Source: Eledone cirrhosa
Lineage: Eukaryota
Direction: 5' to 3'
Length of the DNA: 64,000 bases
Assembly: GCA_964016885.1 (NCBI GenBank)
Contig: OZ024743.1
Coordinates: 86,428,001 to 86,492,000 of the forward strand
The position numbers and the translations under genes were made by a program. Positions 51,001 to 64,000 of this stretch are shown here, in pieces. The notes beneath the pieces are model-generated. The model had not been told where the DNA came from. It saw nothing but the letters and a program-made list of their open reading frames with translations, and made no database searches. The number at the start of each line of letters is the position of its first letter. The stretch's first letter is position 1.

Positions 51001-54000
51001 TAGCAGATAGAGTGTAATAGATAGAGTGTAATAGATATAGTGTAGCAGATAGAGTGTAACAGATAGAGTGTAACAGATAGAGTGTAACAGATAGAGTGTA
51101 ATAGATAGAGTGTAACAGATAGAGTGTACCAGATAGAGTGTAACAGATAGAGTGTACCAGATAGAGTGTAGCAGATAGAGTGTAGCAGATAGAGTATAAC
51201 AGATAGAGTGTACCAGATAGAGTGTAACAGATAGAGTGTAACAGATAGAGTGTAACAGATAGAGTGTAACAGATAGTGTGTAACAGATAGAGTATAGCAG
51301 ATAGAGTGTAACAGATAGAGTGTAACAGATAGAGTATAGCAGATAGAGTGTAACAGATAGAGTGTAGCAGATAGAGTGTAGCAGATAGAGCGTAACAGAT
51401 AGAGTGTAGCAGATAGAGTGTAACAGATATAATGTAACAGATAGAGTATAGCAGATAGAGTGTAACAGATAGAGTGTAGCAGATAGAGTGTAACAGATAG
51501 AGTATAGCAGATAGAGTGTAACAGATAGGGTGTACCAGATAGAGTGTACCAGATACAGTGTAACAGATAGAGTGTAAAATATAGAGTATAGCGGATAGAG
51601 TGTAACAGATGGAGTGTAACAGATACAGTGTAACAGATACAGTGTAACAGATAGAGTGTAGCAGATAGAGGATAACAGATAGAGTGTAGCAGATAGAGTG
51701 TACCAGATAGAGTGTAACAGATAGAGTGAAACAGATAGTGTGTAACAGATAGAGTGTAGCAGATAGAGTGTAGCAGATAGAGTGTAACAGATAGAGTGTA
51801 ACAGATAGAGTGTAACAGATAGAGTGTAACAGATAGAGTGTAACAGATAGAGTGTAACAGATAGAGTATAGCAGATAGAGTGTAACAGATAGAGAGTAAC
51901 AGATAGAGAGTAACAGATACAGTGTAAGAGATAGAGTGTAGCAGATAGAGGATAACAGATAGAGTGTAACAGATAGAGTGCAACAGATAGAGTGCAACAG
52001 ATAGAGTGTAACAGATGGAGTGTAGCAGATAGAGTGTAACAGATAGAGTGTAACAGATAGAGTGTAACAGATAGAGTGTAACAGATACAGAGTAACAGAT
52101 AGAGTGTAATAGATAGAGTGTAGCAGATAGAGTGTAATAGATAGAGTGTAACAGATAGAGTGTAGCAGATAGAGTATAGCAGATAGAGTGTAGCAGATAG
52201 AGTGTAACAGATAGAGTGTACCAGATAGAGTGTAACAGATAGAGTGTAACAGATAGAGTGTAGCAGATAGTGTGTAACAGATAGAGTGTAGCAGATAGAG
52301 TATAGCAGATAGAGTGTAACAGATAGAGTGTAACATATAGAGTGTAACAGATAGAGAGTAACAGCTAGCGTATAACAGATAGAGTGTAGCAGATAGAGTG
52401 TAGCAGATAGAGTGTAACAGATAGAGTGTACCAGATAGAGTGTAACAGATAGAGTGTAACAGATAGAGTGTACCAGATAGAGTGTAGCAGATAGAGTGTA
52501 ACAGATAGAGTGTAACAGATAGAGTGTAACAGATAGAGTGTAAGAGATAGTGTGTAACAGATAGAGTGTAGCAGATAGAGTATAGCAGATAGAGTGTAAC
52601 AGATAGAGTGTAATAGATATAGTGTAGCAGATAGAGTGTAACAGATAGAGTGTAACAGATAGAGTGTAACAGATAGGGTGTAACAGATGGAGTGTAACAG
52701 ATACAGTGTAACAGATACAGTGTAACAGATAGAGTGTAGCAGATAGAGGATAACAGATAGAGTGTAGCAGATAGAGTGTACCAGATAGAGTGTAACAGAT
52801 AGTGTGTAACAGATAGAGTGTAGCAGATAGAGTGTAGCAGATAGAGTGTAACAGATAGAGTGTAACAGATAGAGTGTAACAGATAGAGTGTAACAGATAG
52901 AGTGTAACAGATAGAGTGTAACAGATAGAGTATAGCAGATAGAGTGTAACAGATAGAGAGTAACAGAGAGAGAGTAACAGATACAGTGTAAGAGATAGAG
53001 TGTAGCAGATAGAGGATAACAGATAGAGTGTAACAGATAGAGTGCAACAGATAGAGTGCAACAGATAGAGTGTAACAGATGGAGTGTAGCAGATAGAGTA
53101 TAGCAGATAGAGTGTAACAGATAGAGTGTAACAGATAGAGTGTAACAGATACAGAGTAACAGATAGAGTGTAACAGATAGAGTGTAGCAGATAGAGTGTA
53201 ATAGATAGAGTGTAACAGATAGAGTGTAGCAGATAGAGTATAGCAGATAGAGTGTAGCAGATAGAGTGTAACAGATAGAGTGTACCAGATAGAGTGTAAC
53301 AGATAGAGTGTAACAGATAGAGTGTAACAGATAGAGTGTACCAGATAGAGTATAGCAGATAGAGTGTAACAGATAGAGTGTAGCAGGTAGAGTGTAACAG
53401 ATAGAGTGTAGCAGATAGAGTGTAACAGATAGAGTGTAGCAGATAGAGTGTAACAGATAGAGTGTAGCAGATAGAGTGTAACAGATAGAGTGTAGCAGAT
53501 AGAGTATAACAGATAGTGTACCAGATAGAGTGTAGCAGAGAGTGTGTAACAGATAGAGTGATACCAGATAGTGTAGCAGATAGAGTGTAGCAGATAGAGT
53601 GTAACAGATAGAGTGTAGCAGATAGAGTGTAGCAGATAGAGTGTTGCAGATAGAGTGTAGCAGATAGAGTGTAACAGATAGAGTATAGGAGATAGAGTAT
53701 AGCAGATAGAGTGTAACAGATATAGTGTAACAAATAGAGTATAGCAGATAGAGTGTAGCAGATAGAGTGTAACAGATAGAGTATAGCAGATAGAGTATAA
53801 CAGATAGAGTGTAACAGATAGAGTGTAGCAGATAGAGTGTAACAGATAGAGTGTAACAGATAGAGTATAACAGATAGAGTGTAGCAGATAGAGTGTAACA
53901 GATAGAGTGTAGCTGGTAGAGTGTAACAGATAGAGTGTAACAGATAGAGTGTAGCAGATAGAGGATAACAGATGGAGTGTAGCAGATAGAGTGTACCAGA

Positions 54001-57000
54001 TAGAGTGTAACAGATAGAGTGTAACAGATAGAGTGTAACAGATAGTGTGTAACAGATAGAGTGTAGCAGATAGAGTATAGCAGATAGAGTGTAACAGATA
54101 GAGTGTAACAGATAGAGTGTAACAGATAGAGTGTAACAGATAGAGTGTAACAGATAGAGTGTAACAGATAGAGTATAGCAGATAGAGTGTAACAGATAGA
54201 GAGTAACAGATAGAGAGTAACAGATACAGTGTAACAGATACAGTGTAACAGATAGAGTGTAGCAGATAGAGGATAACAGATAGAGTGTACCAGATAGAGT
54301 GTAACAGATAGAGTGCAACAGATAGAGTGCAACAGATAGAGTGTAACAGATGGAGTGTAGCAGATAGAGTATAGCAGATAGAGTGTAACAGATAGAGTGT
54401 AACAGATAGAGTGTAACAGATAGAGTGTAACAGATACAGAGTAACAGATAGAGTGTAACAGATAGAGTGTAGCAGATAGAGTGTAATAGATAGAGTGTAA
54501 CAGATAGAGTGTAGCAGATAGAGTATAGCAGATAGAGTGTAGCAGATAGAGTGTAACAGATAGAGTGTACCAGATAGAGTGTAACAGATAGAGTGTAACA
54601 GATAGAGTGTAACAGATAGAGTGTACCAGATAGAGTATAGCAGATAGAGAGTAACAGATAGAGAGTAACAGATACAGTGTTACAGATAGAGCGTAACAGA
54701 TAGAGTGTAGCAGATAGAGTGTAGCAGATAGAGTGTAATAGATATAGTGTAGCAGATAGAGTGGAACAGATAGAGTGTAACAGATAGAGTGTAATAGATA
54801 GAGTGTAACAGATAGAGTGTACCAGATAGAGTGTAACAGATAGAGTGTACCAGATAGAGTGTAGCAGATAGAGTGTAACAGATAGAGTGTAACAGATAGA
54901 GTGTAGCAGATAGAGTGTAAGAGATAGTGTGTAACAGATAGAGTGTAGCAGATAGAGTGTAACAGATAGAGTGTAACATATAGAGTGAAACAGATAGAGA
55001 GTAACAGCTAGCGTGTAACAGATAGAGTGTAGCAGATAGAGTGTAATAGATAGAGTGTAATAGATATAGTGTAGCAGATAGTGTGTAACAGATAGAGTGT
55101 AACAGATAGAGTGTAACAGATAGAGTGTAATAGATAGAGTGTAACAGATAGAGTGTACCAGATAGAGTGTAACAGATAGAGTGTACCAGATAGAGTGTAG
55201 CAGATAGAGTGTAGTAGATAGAGTATAACAGATAGAGTGTACCAGATAGAGTGTAACAGATAGAGTGTAACAGATAGAGTGTAACAGATAGAGTGTAACA
55301 GATAGTGTGTAACAGATAGAGTGTAGCAGATAGAGTGTAGCAGATAGAGTGTAACAGATAGAGTGTAGCAGATAGAGTGTAACAGATAGAGTATAGCAGA
55401 TAGAGTGTAACAGATAGAGTGTAACAGATAGAGTGTAGCAGATAGAGTGTAACAGATAGAGTATAGCAGATAGAGTATAACAGATAGAGTGTAACAGATA
55501 GAGTGTAGCGGATAGAGTGTAACAGATAGAGTGTAACAGATAGAGTATAACAGATAGAGTGTAGCAGATAGAGTGTAGCAGATAGAGTGTAACAGATAGA
55601 GTGTAACAGATATAGTGTAACAGATACAGTATAGCAGATAGAGTGTAACAGATAGAGTGTAGCAGATAGAGTGTAACAGATAAAGTATAACAGATAGAGT
55701 GTAACAGATAGAGTGTAGCAGATAGAGTGTAGCAGATAGAGTGTTGCAGATAGAGTGTAGCAGATAGAGTGTAACAGATTGAGTATAGGAGATAGAGTAT
55801 AGCAGATAGAGTGTAACAGATAGAGTGTAACAGATATAGTGTAACAGATAGAGTGTAACAGATAGAGTATAGCAGATAGAGTAAAACAGATAGAGTGTAG
55901 CAGACAGAGTGTAACAGATAGAGTGTAACAGATAGAGTATAACAGATAGAGTGTAGCAGATAGAGTGTTACAGATAGAGTGTAGCTGGTAGAGTGTAACA
56001 GATAGAGTGTAGCAGATAGAGTGTAGCAGATAGAGTGTAACAGATAGAGTGTAACAGATAGTGTGTAACAGATAGAGTGTAGCAGATAGAGTATAGCAGA
56101 TAGAGTGTAACAGATAGAGTGTAACAGATAGAGTGTAACAGATAGAGTGTAACAGATAGAGTGTAACAGATAGAGTATAGCAGATAGAGTGTAACAGATA
56201 GAGAGTAACAGATAGAGAGTAACAGATACAGTGTAACAGATAGAGTGTAGCAGATAGAGGATAACAGATAGAGTGTACCAGATAGAGTGTAACAGATAGA
56301 GTGCAACAGATAGAGTGCAACAGATAGAGTGTAACAGATGGAGTGTAGCAGATAGAGTATAGCAGATAGAGTATAGCAGATAGAGTGTAACAGATAGAGT
56401 GTAACAGATAGAGTGTAACAGATAGAGTGTAACAGATACAGAGTAACAGATAGAGTGTAACAGATAGAGTGTAGCAGATAGAGTGTAACAGATAGAGTGT
56501 AGCAGATAGCGTATAGCAGATAGAGTGTAGCAGATAGAGTGTAACAGATAGAGTGTACCAGATAGAGTGTAACAGATAGAGTGTAACAGATAGAGTGTAA
56601 CAGATAGAGTGTACCAGATAGAGTATAGCAGATAGAGAGTAACAGATAGAGAGTAACAGATACAGTGTAACAGATAGAGTGTAGCAGATAGAGTGTAGCA
56701 GATAGAGTGTAATAGATATAGTGTAGCAGATAGAGTGTAACAGATAGAGTATAGCAGATAGAGTGTAACAGATAGAGTGTAACAGATAGAGTGTAATAGA
56801 TAGAGTGTAACAGATAGAGTGTACCAGATAGAGTGTAACAGATAGAGTGTACCAGATAGAGTGTAGCAGATAGAGTGTAGCAGATAGAGTATAACAGATA
56901 GAGTGTACCAGATAGAGTGTAACAGATAGAGTGTAACAGATAGAGTGTAACAGATAGAGTGTAACAGATAGAGTGTAACAGATAATGTGTAACAGATAGA

Positions 57001-60000
57001 GTGTAGCAGATAGAGTGTAGCAGATAGAGTGTAACAGATAGAGTGTAGCAGATAGAGTGTAACAGATAGAGTATAGCAGATAGAGTGTAACAGATAGAGT
57101 GTAACAGATAGAGTGTAACAGATAGAGTGTAGCAGATAGAGTGTAACAGATAGAGTATAGCAGATAGAGTATAACAGATAGAGTGTAACAGATAGAGTGT
57201 AGCGGATAGAGTGTAACAGATAGAGTGTAACAGATAGAATATAACAGATAGAGTGTAGCAGATAGAGTGTAACAGATAGAGTATAGGAGATAGAGTATAG
57301 CAGATAGAGTGTAACAGATAAAATATAACAGATAGAGTGTAGCAGATAGAGTGTTGCAGATAGAGTGTAGCAGATAGAGTGTAACAGATAGAGTATAGGA
57401 GATAGAGTGTAACAGATAGAGTGTAACAGATAGTGTAGCAGATAGAGTGTAGCAGATAGAGTGTAACAGATAGAGTGTAGCAGATAGAGTGTAACAGATA
57501 GAGTGTAACAGATAGAGTGTAACAGATAGAGTGTAACAGATAGAGTGTAACAGATAGAGTGTAACAGATAGAGTGTACCAGATAGAGTGTAACAGATAGA
57601 ATATAACAGATAGAGTGTAGCAGATAGAGTGTAACAGATAGAGTATAGGAGATAGAGTATAGCAGATAGAGTGTAACAGATAGAGTGTAACAGATAGAGT
57701 ATAGCAGATAGAGTGTAACAGATAGAGTGTAGCAGATAGAGTGTAACAGATAGAGTATAGCAGATAGAGTATAACAGATAGAGTGTAACAGATAGAGTGT
57801 AGCGGATAGAGTGTAACAGATAGAGTGTAGCGGATAGAGTGTAACAGATAGAGTGTAACAGATAGAGTATAACAGATTGAGTGTAGCAGATAGAGTGTAA
57901 CAGATAGAGTGTAACAGATAGAGTGTAGCAGATAGAGTGTAACAGATAGAGTGTAACAGATAGAGTGTAGCAGATAGAGTGTAAGAGATAGTGTGTAACA
58001 GATAGAGTGTAGCAGATAGAGTGTAACAGATAGAGTCTAACATATAGAGTGTAACAGATAGAGAGTAACAGCTAGCGTGTAACAGATAGAGTGTAGCAGA
58101 TAGAGTGTAGCAGATAGAGTGTAATAGATAGAGTGTAATAGATATAGTGTAGCAGATAGAGTGTAACAGATAGAGTGTAACAGATAGAGTGTAACAGATA
58201 GAGTGTAACAGATAGAGTGTACCAGATAGAGTGTAACAGATAGAGTGTAGCAGATAGAGTGTAGCAGATAGAGTATAACAGATAGAGTGTACCAGATAGA
58301 GTGTAACAGATAGAGTGTAACAGATAGAGTGTAACAGATAGAGTGTAACAGATAGTGTGTAACAGATAGAGTGTAGCAGATAGAGTGTAGCAGATAGAGT
58401 GTAACAGATAGAGTATAGCAGATAGAGTATAACAGATAGAGTGTAACAGATAGAGTGTAGCGGATAGAGTGTAACAGATAGAGTGTAACAGATAGAGTAT
58501 AACAGATAGAGTGTAGCAGATAGAGTGTAGCAGATAGAGTGTAACAGATAGAGTGTAACAGATATAGTGTAACAGATACAGTATAGCAGATAGAGTGTAA
58601 CAGATAGAGTGTAGCAGATAGAGTGTAACAGATAAAGTATAACAGATAGAGTGTAACAGATAGAGTGTAGCAGATAGAGTGTTGCAGATAGAGTGTAGCA
58701 GATAGAGTGTAACAGATAGAGTATAGGAGATAGAGTATAGCAGATAGAGTGTAACAGATAGAGTGTAACAGATATAGTGTAACAGATAGAGTGTAACAGA
58801 TAGAGTATAGCAGATAGAGTAAAACAGATAGAGTGTAGCAGACAGAGTGTAACAGATAGAGTGTAACAGATAGAGTATAACAGATAGAGTGTAGCAGATA
58901 GAGTGTTACAGATAGAGTGTAGCTGGTAGAGTGTAACAGATAGAGTGTAGCAGATAGAGGATAACAGATAGAGTGTAGCAGATAGAGTGTAACAGATAGA
59001 GTGTAACAGATAGTGTGTAACAGATAGAGTGTAGCAGATAGAGTATAGCAGATAGAGTGTAACAGATAGAGTGTAACAGATAGAGTGTAACAGATAGAGT
59101 GTAACAGATAGAGTGTAACAGATAGAGTATAGCAGATAGAGTGTAACAGATAGAGAGTAACAGATACAGTGTAACAGATAGAGTGTAGCAGATAGAGTGT
59201 ACCAGATAGAGTGTAACAGATAGAGTGCAACAGATAGAGTGCAACAGATAGAGTGTAACAGATGGAGTGTAGCAGATAGAGTATAGCAGATAGAGTATAG
59301 CAGATAGAGTGTAACAGATAGAGTGTAACAGATAGAGTGTAACAGATAGAGTGTAACAGATACAGAGTAACAGATAGAGTGTAACAGATAGAGTGTAGCA
59401 GATAGAGTGTAACAGATAGAGTGTAGCAGATAGCGTATAGCAGATAGAGTGTAGCAGATAGAGTGTAACAGATAGAGTGTACCAGATAGAGTGTAACAGA
59501 TAGAGTGTAACAGATAGAGTGTAACAGATAGAGTGTACCAGATAGAGTATAGCAGATAGAGAGTAACAGATAGAGAGTAACAGATACAGTGTAACAGATA
59601 GAGTGTAGCAGATAGAGTGTAGCAGATAGAGTGTAATAGATATAGTGTAGCAGATAGAGTGTAACAGATAGAGTATAGCAGATAGAGTGTAACAGATAGA
59701 GTGTAACAGATAGAGTGTAATAGATAGAGTGTAACAGATAGAGTGTACCAGATAGAGTGTAACAGATAGAGTGTACCAGATAGAGTGTAGCAGATAGAGT
59801 GTAGCAGATAGAGTATAACAGATAGAGTGTACCAGATAGAGTGTAACAGATAGAGTGTAACAGATAGAGTGTAACAGATAGAGTGTAACAGATAATGTGT
59901 AACAGATAGAGTGTAGCAGATAGAGTGTAGCAGATAGAGTGTAACAGATAGAGTGTAGCAGATAGAGTGTAACAGATAGAGTATAGCAGATAGAGTGTAA

Positions 60001-63000
60001 CAGATAGAGTGTAACAGATAGAGTGTAACAGATAGAGTGTAGCAGATAGAGTGTAACAGATAGAGTATAGCAGATAGAGTATAACAGATAGAGTGTAACA
60101 GATAGAGTGTAGCGGATAGAGTGTAACAGATAGAATATAACAGATAGAGTGTAGCAGATAGAGTGTAACAGATAGAGTATAGGAGATAGAGTATAGCAGA
60201 TAGAGTGTAACAGATAAAATATAACAGATAGAGTGTAGCAGATAGAGTGTTGCAGATAGAGTGTAGCAGATAGAGTGTAACAGATAGAGTATAGGAGATA
60301 GAGTGTAACAGATAGAGTGTAACAGATAGTGTAGCAGATAGAGTGTAGCAGATAGAGTGTAACAGATAGAGTGTAGCAGATAGAGTGTAACAGATAGAGT
60401 GTAACAGATAGAGTGTAACAGATAGAGTGTAACAGATAGAGTGTAACAGATAGAGTGTAACAGATAGAGTGTACCAGATAGAGTGTAACAGATAGAATAT
60501 AACAGATAGAGTGTAGCAGATAGAGTGTAACAGATAGAGTATAGGAGATAGAGTATAGCAGATAGAGTGTAACAGATAGAGTGTAACAGATAGAGTATAG
60601 CAGATAGAGTGTAACAGATAGAGTGTAGCAGATAGAGTGTAACAGATAGAGTATAGCAGATAGAGTATAACAGATAGAGTGTAACAGATAGAGTGTAGCG
60701 GATAGAGTGTAACAGATAGAGTGTAGCGGATAGAGTGTAACAGATAGAGTGTAACAGATAGAGTATAACAGATTGAGTGTAGCAGATAGAGTGTAACAGA
60801 TAGAGTGTAACAGATAGAGTGTAGCAGATAGAGTGTAACAGATAGAGTGTAACAGATAGAGTGTAGCAGATAGAGTGTAAGAGATAGTGTGTAACAGATA
60901 GAGTGTAGCAGATAGAGTGTAACAGATAGAGTCTAACATATAGAGTGTAACAGATAGAGAGTAACAGCTAGCGTGTAACAGATAGAGTGTAGCAGATAGA
61001 GTGTAGCAGATAGAGTATAACAGATAGAGTGTACCAGATAGAGTGTAACAGATAGAGTGTAACAGATAGAGTGTAACAGATAGAGTGTAACAGATAGAGT
61101 GTAACAGATAGTGTGTAACAGATAGAGTGTAGCAGATAGAGTGTAGCAGATAGAGTGTAACAGATAGAGTGTAGCAGATAGAGTGTAACAGATAGAGTAT
61201 AGCAGATAGAGTGTAACAGATAGAGTGTAACAGATAGAGTGTAACAGATAGAGTGTAGCAGATAGAGTGTAACAGATAGAGTATAGCAGATAGAGTATAA
61301 CAGATAGAGTGTAACAGATAGAGTGTAGCGGATAGAGTGTAACAGATAGAGTGTAACAGATAGAGTATAACAGATAGAGTGTAGCAGATAGAGTGTAACA
61401 GATAGAGTGTAACAGATAGAGTGTAACAGATATAGTGTAACAGATACAGTATAGCAGATAGAGTGTAACAGATAGAGTGTAGCAGATAGAGTGTAACAGA
61501 TAGAGTATAGCAGATAGAGTATAACAGATAGTGTGTAACAGATAGAGTGTAGCGGATAGAGAGTAACAGATAGAGTGTAACAGATAGAGTATAACAGATA
61601 GAGTGTAGCAGATAGAGTGTAGCAGATAGAGTGTAGCAGGTAGAGTGTAACAGATAGAGTGTAACAGATAGAGTGTAGCAGATAGAGTGTAACAGATAGA
61701 GTGTAGCAGATAGAGTGTAACAGATAGAGTGTAGCAGATAGAGTGTAACAGATAGAGTGTAGCAGATAGAGTATAACAGATAGTGTACCAGATAGAGTGT
61801 AGCAGATAGTGTGTAACAGATAGAGTGATACCAGATAGAGTGTAACAGATAGTGTAGCAGATAGAGTGTAGCAGATAGAGTGTAGCAGATAGAGTGTAAC
61901 AGATAGAGTATAGCAGATAGAGTGTAACAGATAGAGTGTAACAGATAGAGTGTACCAGATAGAGTGTAACAGATAGAATATAACAGATAGAGTGTAGCAG
62001 ATAGAGTGTTGCAGATAGAGTGTAGCAGATAGAGTGTAACAGATAGAGTATAGGAGATAGAGTATAGCAGATAGAGTGTAACAGAGTGTAACAGATATAG
62101 TGTAACAGATAGAGTATAGCAGATAGAGTGTAACAGATAGAGTGTAGCAGATAGAGTGTAACAGATAGAGTATAGCAGATAGAGTATAACAGATAGAGTG
62201 TAACAGATAGAGTGTAGCAGATAGAGTGTAACAGATAGAGTGTAACAGATAGAGTATAACAGATAGAGTGTAGCAGATAGAGTGTAACAGATAGAGTGTA
62301 GCAGGTAGAGTGTAACAGATAGAGTGTAACAGATAGAGTGTAGCAGATAGAGTGTAACAGATAGAGTGATACCAGATAGAGTGTAACAGATAGTGTAGCA
62401 GATAGAGTGTAGCAGATAGAGTGTAACAGATAGAGTGTAGCAGATAGAGTGTAACAGATAGAGTATAGCAGATAGAGTGTAACAGATAGAGTGTACCAGA
62501 TAGAGTGTAACAGATAGAATATAACAGATAGAGTGTAGCAGATAGAGTATAGGAGATAGAGTATAGCAGATAGAGTGTAACAGATAGAATATAACAGATA
62601 GAGTGTAGCAGATAGAGTGTTGCAGATAGAGTGTAGCAGATAGAGTGTAACAGATAGAGAGTAACAGATAGAGAGTAACAGATACAGTGTAACAGATAGA
62701 GTGTAGCAGATAGAGTGTAGCAGATAGAGGATAACAGATAGAGTGTACCAGATAGAGTGTAACAGATAGAGTGCAACAGATAGAGTGCAACAGATAGAGT
62801 GTAACAGATGGAGTGTAGCAGATAGAGTATAGCAGATAGAGTATAGCAGATAGAGTGTAACAGATAGAGTGTAACAGATAGAGTGTAACAGATAGAGTGT
62901 AACAGATACAGAGTAACAGATAGAGTGTAACAGATAGAGTGTAGCAGATAGAGTGTAACAGATAGAGTGTAGCAGATAGCGTATAGCAGATAGAGTGTAG

Positions 63001-64000
63001 CAGATAGAGTGTAACAGATAGAGTGTACCAGATAGAGTGTAACAGATAGAGTGTAACAGATAGAGTGTAACAGATAGAGTGTACCAGATAGAGTATAGCA
63101 GATAGAGAGTAACAGATAGAGAGTAACAGATACAGTGTAACAGATAGAGTGTAGCAGATAGAGTGTAGCAGATAGAGTGTAATAGATATAGTGTAGCAGA
63201 TAGAGTGTAACAGATAGAGTATAGCAGATAGAGTGTAACAGATAGAGTGTAACAGATAGAGTGTAATAGATAGAGTGTAACAGATAGAGTGTACCAGATA
63301 GAGTGTAACAGATAGAGTGTACCAGATAGAGTGTAGCAGATAGAGTGTAGCAGATAGAGTATAACAGATAGAGTGTACCAGATAGAGTGTAACAGATAGA
63401 GTGTAACAGATAGAGTGTAACAGATAGAGTGTAACAGATAGAGTGTAACAGATAATGTGTAACAGATAGAGTGTAGCAGATAGAGTGTAGCAGATAGAGT
63501 GTAACAGATAGAGTGTAGCAGATAGAGTGTAACAGATAGAGTATAGCAGATAGAGTGTAACAGATAGAGTGTAACAGATAGAGTGTAACAGATAGAGTGT
63601 AGCAGATAGAGTGTAACAGATAGAGTATAGCAGATAGAGTATAACAGATAGAGTGTAACAGATAGAGTGTAGCGGATAGAGTGTAACAGATAGAGTGTAA
63701 CAGATAGAATATAACAGATAGAGTGTAGCAGATAGAGTGTAACAGATAGAGTATAGGAGATAGAGTATAGCAGATAGAGTGTAACAGATAAAATATAACA
63801 GATAGAGTGTAGCAGATAGAGTGTTGCAGATAGAGTGTAGCAGATAGAGTGTAACAGATAGAGTATAGGAGATAGAGTGTAACAGATAGAGTGTAACAGA
63901 TAGTGTAGCAGATAGAGTGTAGCAGATAGAGTGTAACAGATAGAGTGTAGCAGATAGAGTGTAACAGATAGAGTGTAACAGATAGAGTGTAACAGATAGA
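45090..64000. repeat. 14-bp satellite, consensus CAGATAGAGTGTAA, >18.9 kb, runs off the window
   Basis: Continuous tandem units with variants (GTAG, GTAC, GTAT, 12-bp units) and higher-order duplications. Confidence 0.98.

Noticed and set aside
45175-62790. Very long minus-strand ORFs (LHSICYTLSVTLYL)n
   Set aside because: A 14-bp unit without stop codons on that strand is open in all three frames; no coding evidence
45090-64000. CRISPR-like or telomeric array
   Set aside because: No unique spacers, eukaryotic context, and not TTAGGG-like

Overview
AT-rich eukaryotic (animal, probably octopus/cephalopod, judged from the SINE and RTE types) repeat-dominated DNA with no supportable host gene. 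Positions 1-45000 are a mosaic of decayed transposons separated by (TA)n/(CA)n/(ATG)n microsatellites: Penelope-like elements (PLE; RT + GIY-YIG), several RTE-clade LINEs, a Tx1/L1-type LINE, a hAT transposon, tRNA-derived SINEs, Helitron ends and a MITE. Positions ~45090-64000 are a 14-bp satellite (CAGATAGAGTGTAA) with higher-order duplications; the long minus-strand ORFs there are artefacts. The main hidden signal is about 17 complete or near-complete type I hammerhead ribozyme motifs plus several half-motifs, from many unrelated sequence families. They sit in small non-coding palindromic or tandem modules, mostly flanked by (TA)n tracts. In several modules the fold-back is centred on a ribozyme stem, and many share a downstream GTATTGAGTACTCT-like motif. 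This looks like a diverse PLE-mobilised, retrozyme-like RNA system. All motifs were identified by eye and not computationally validated.
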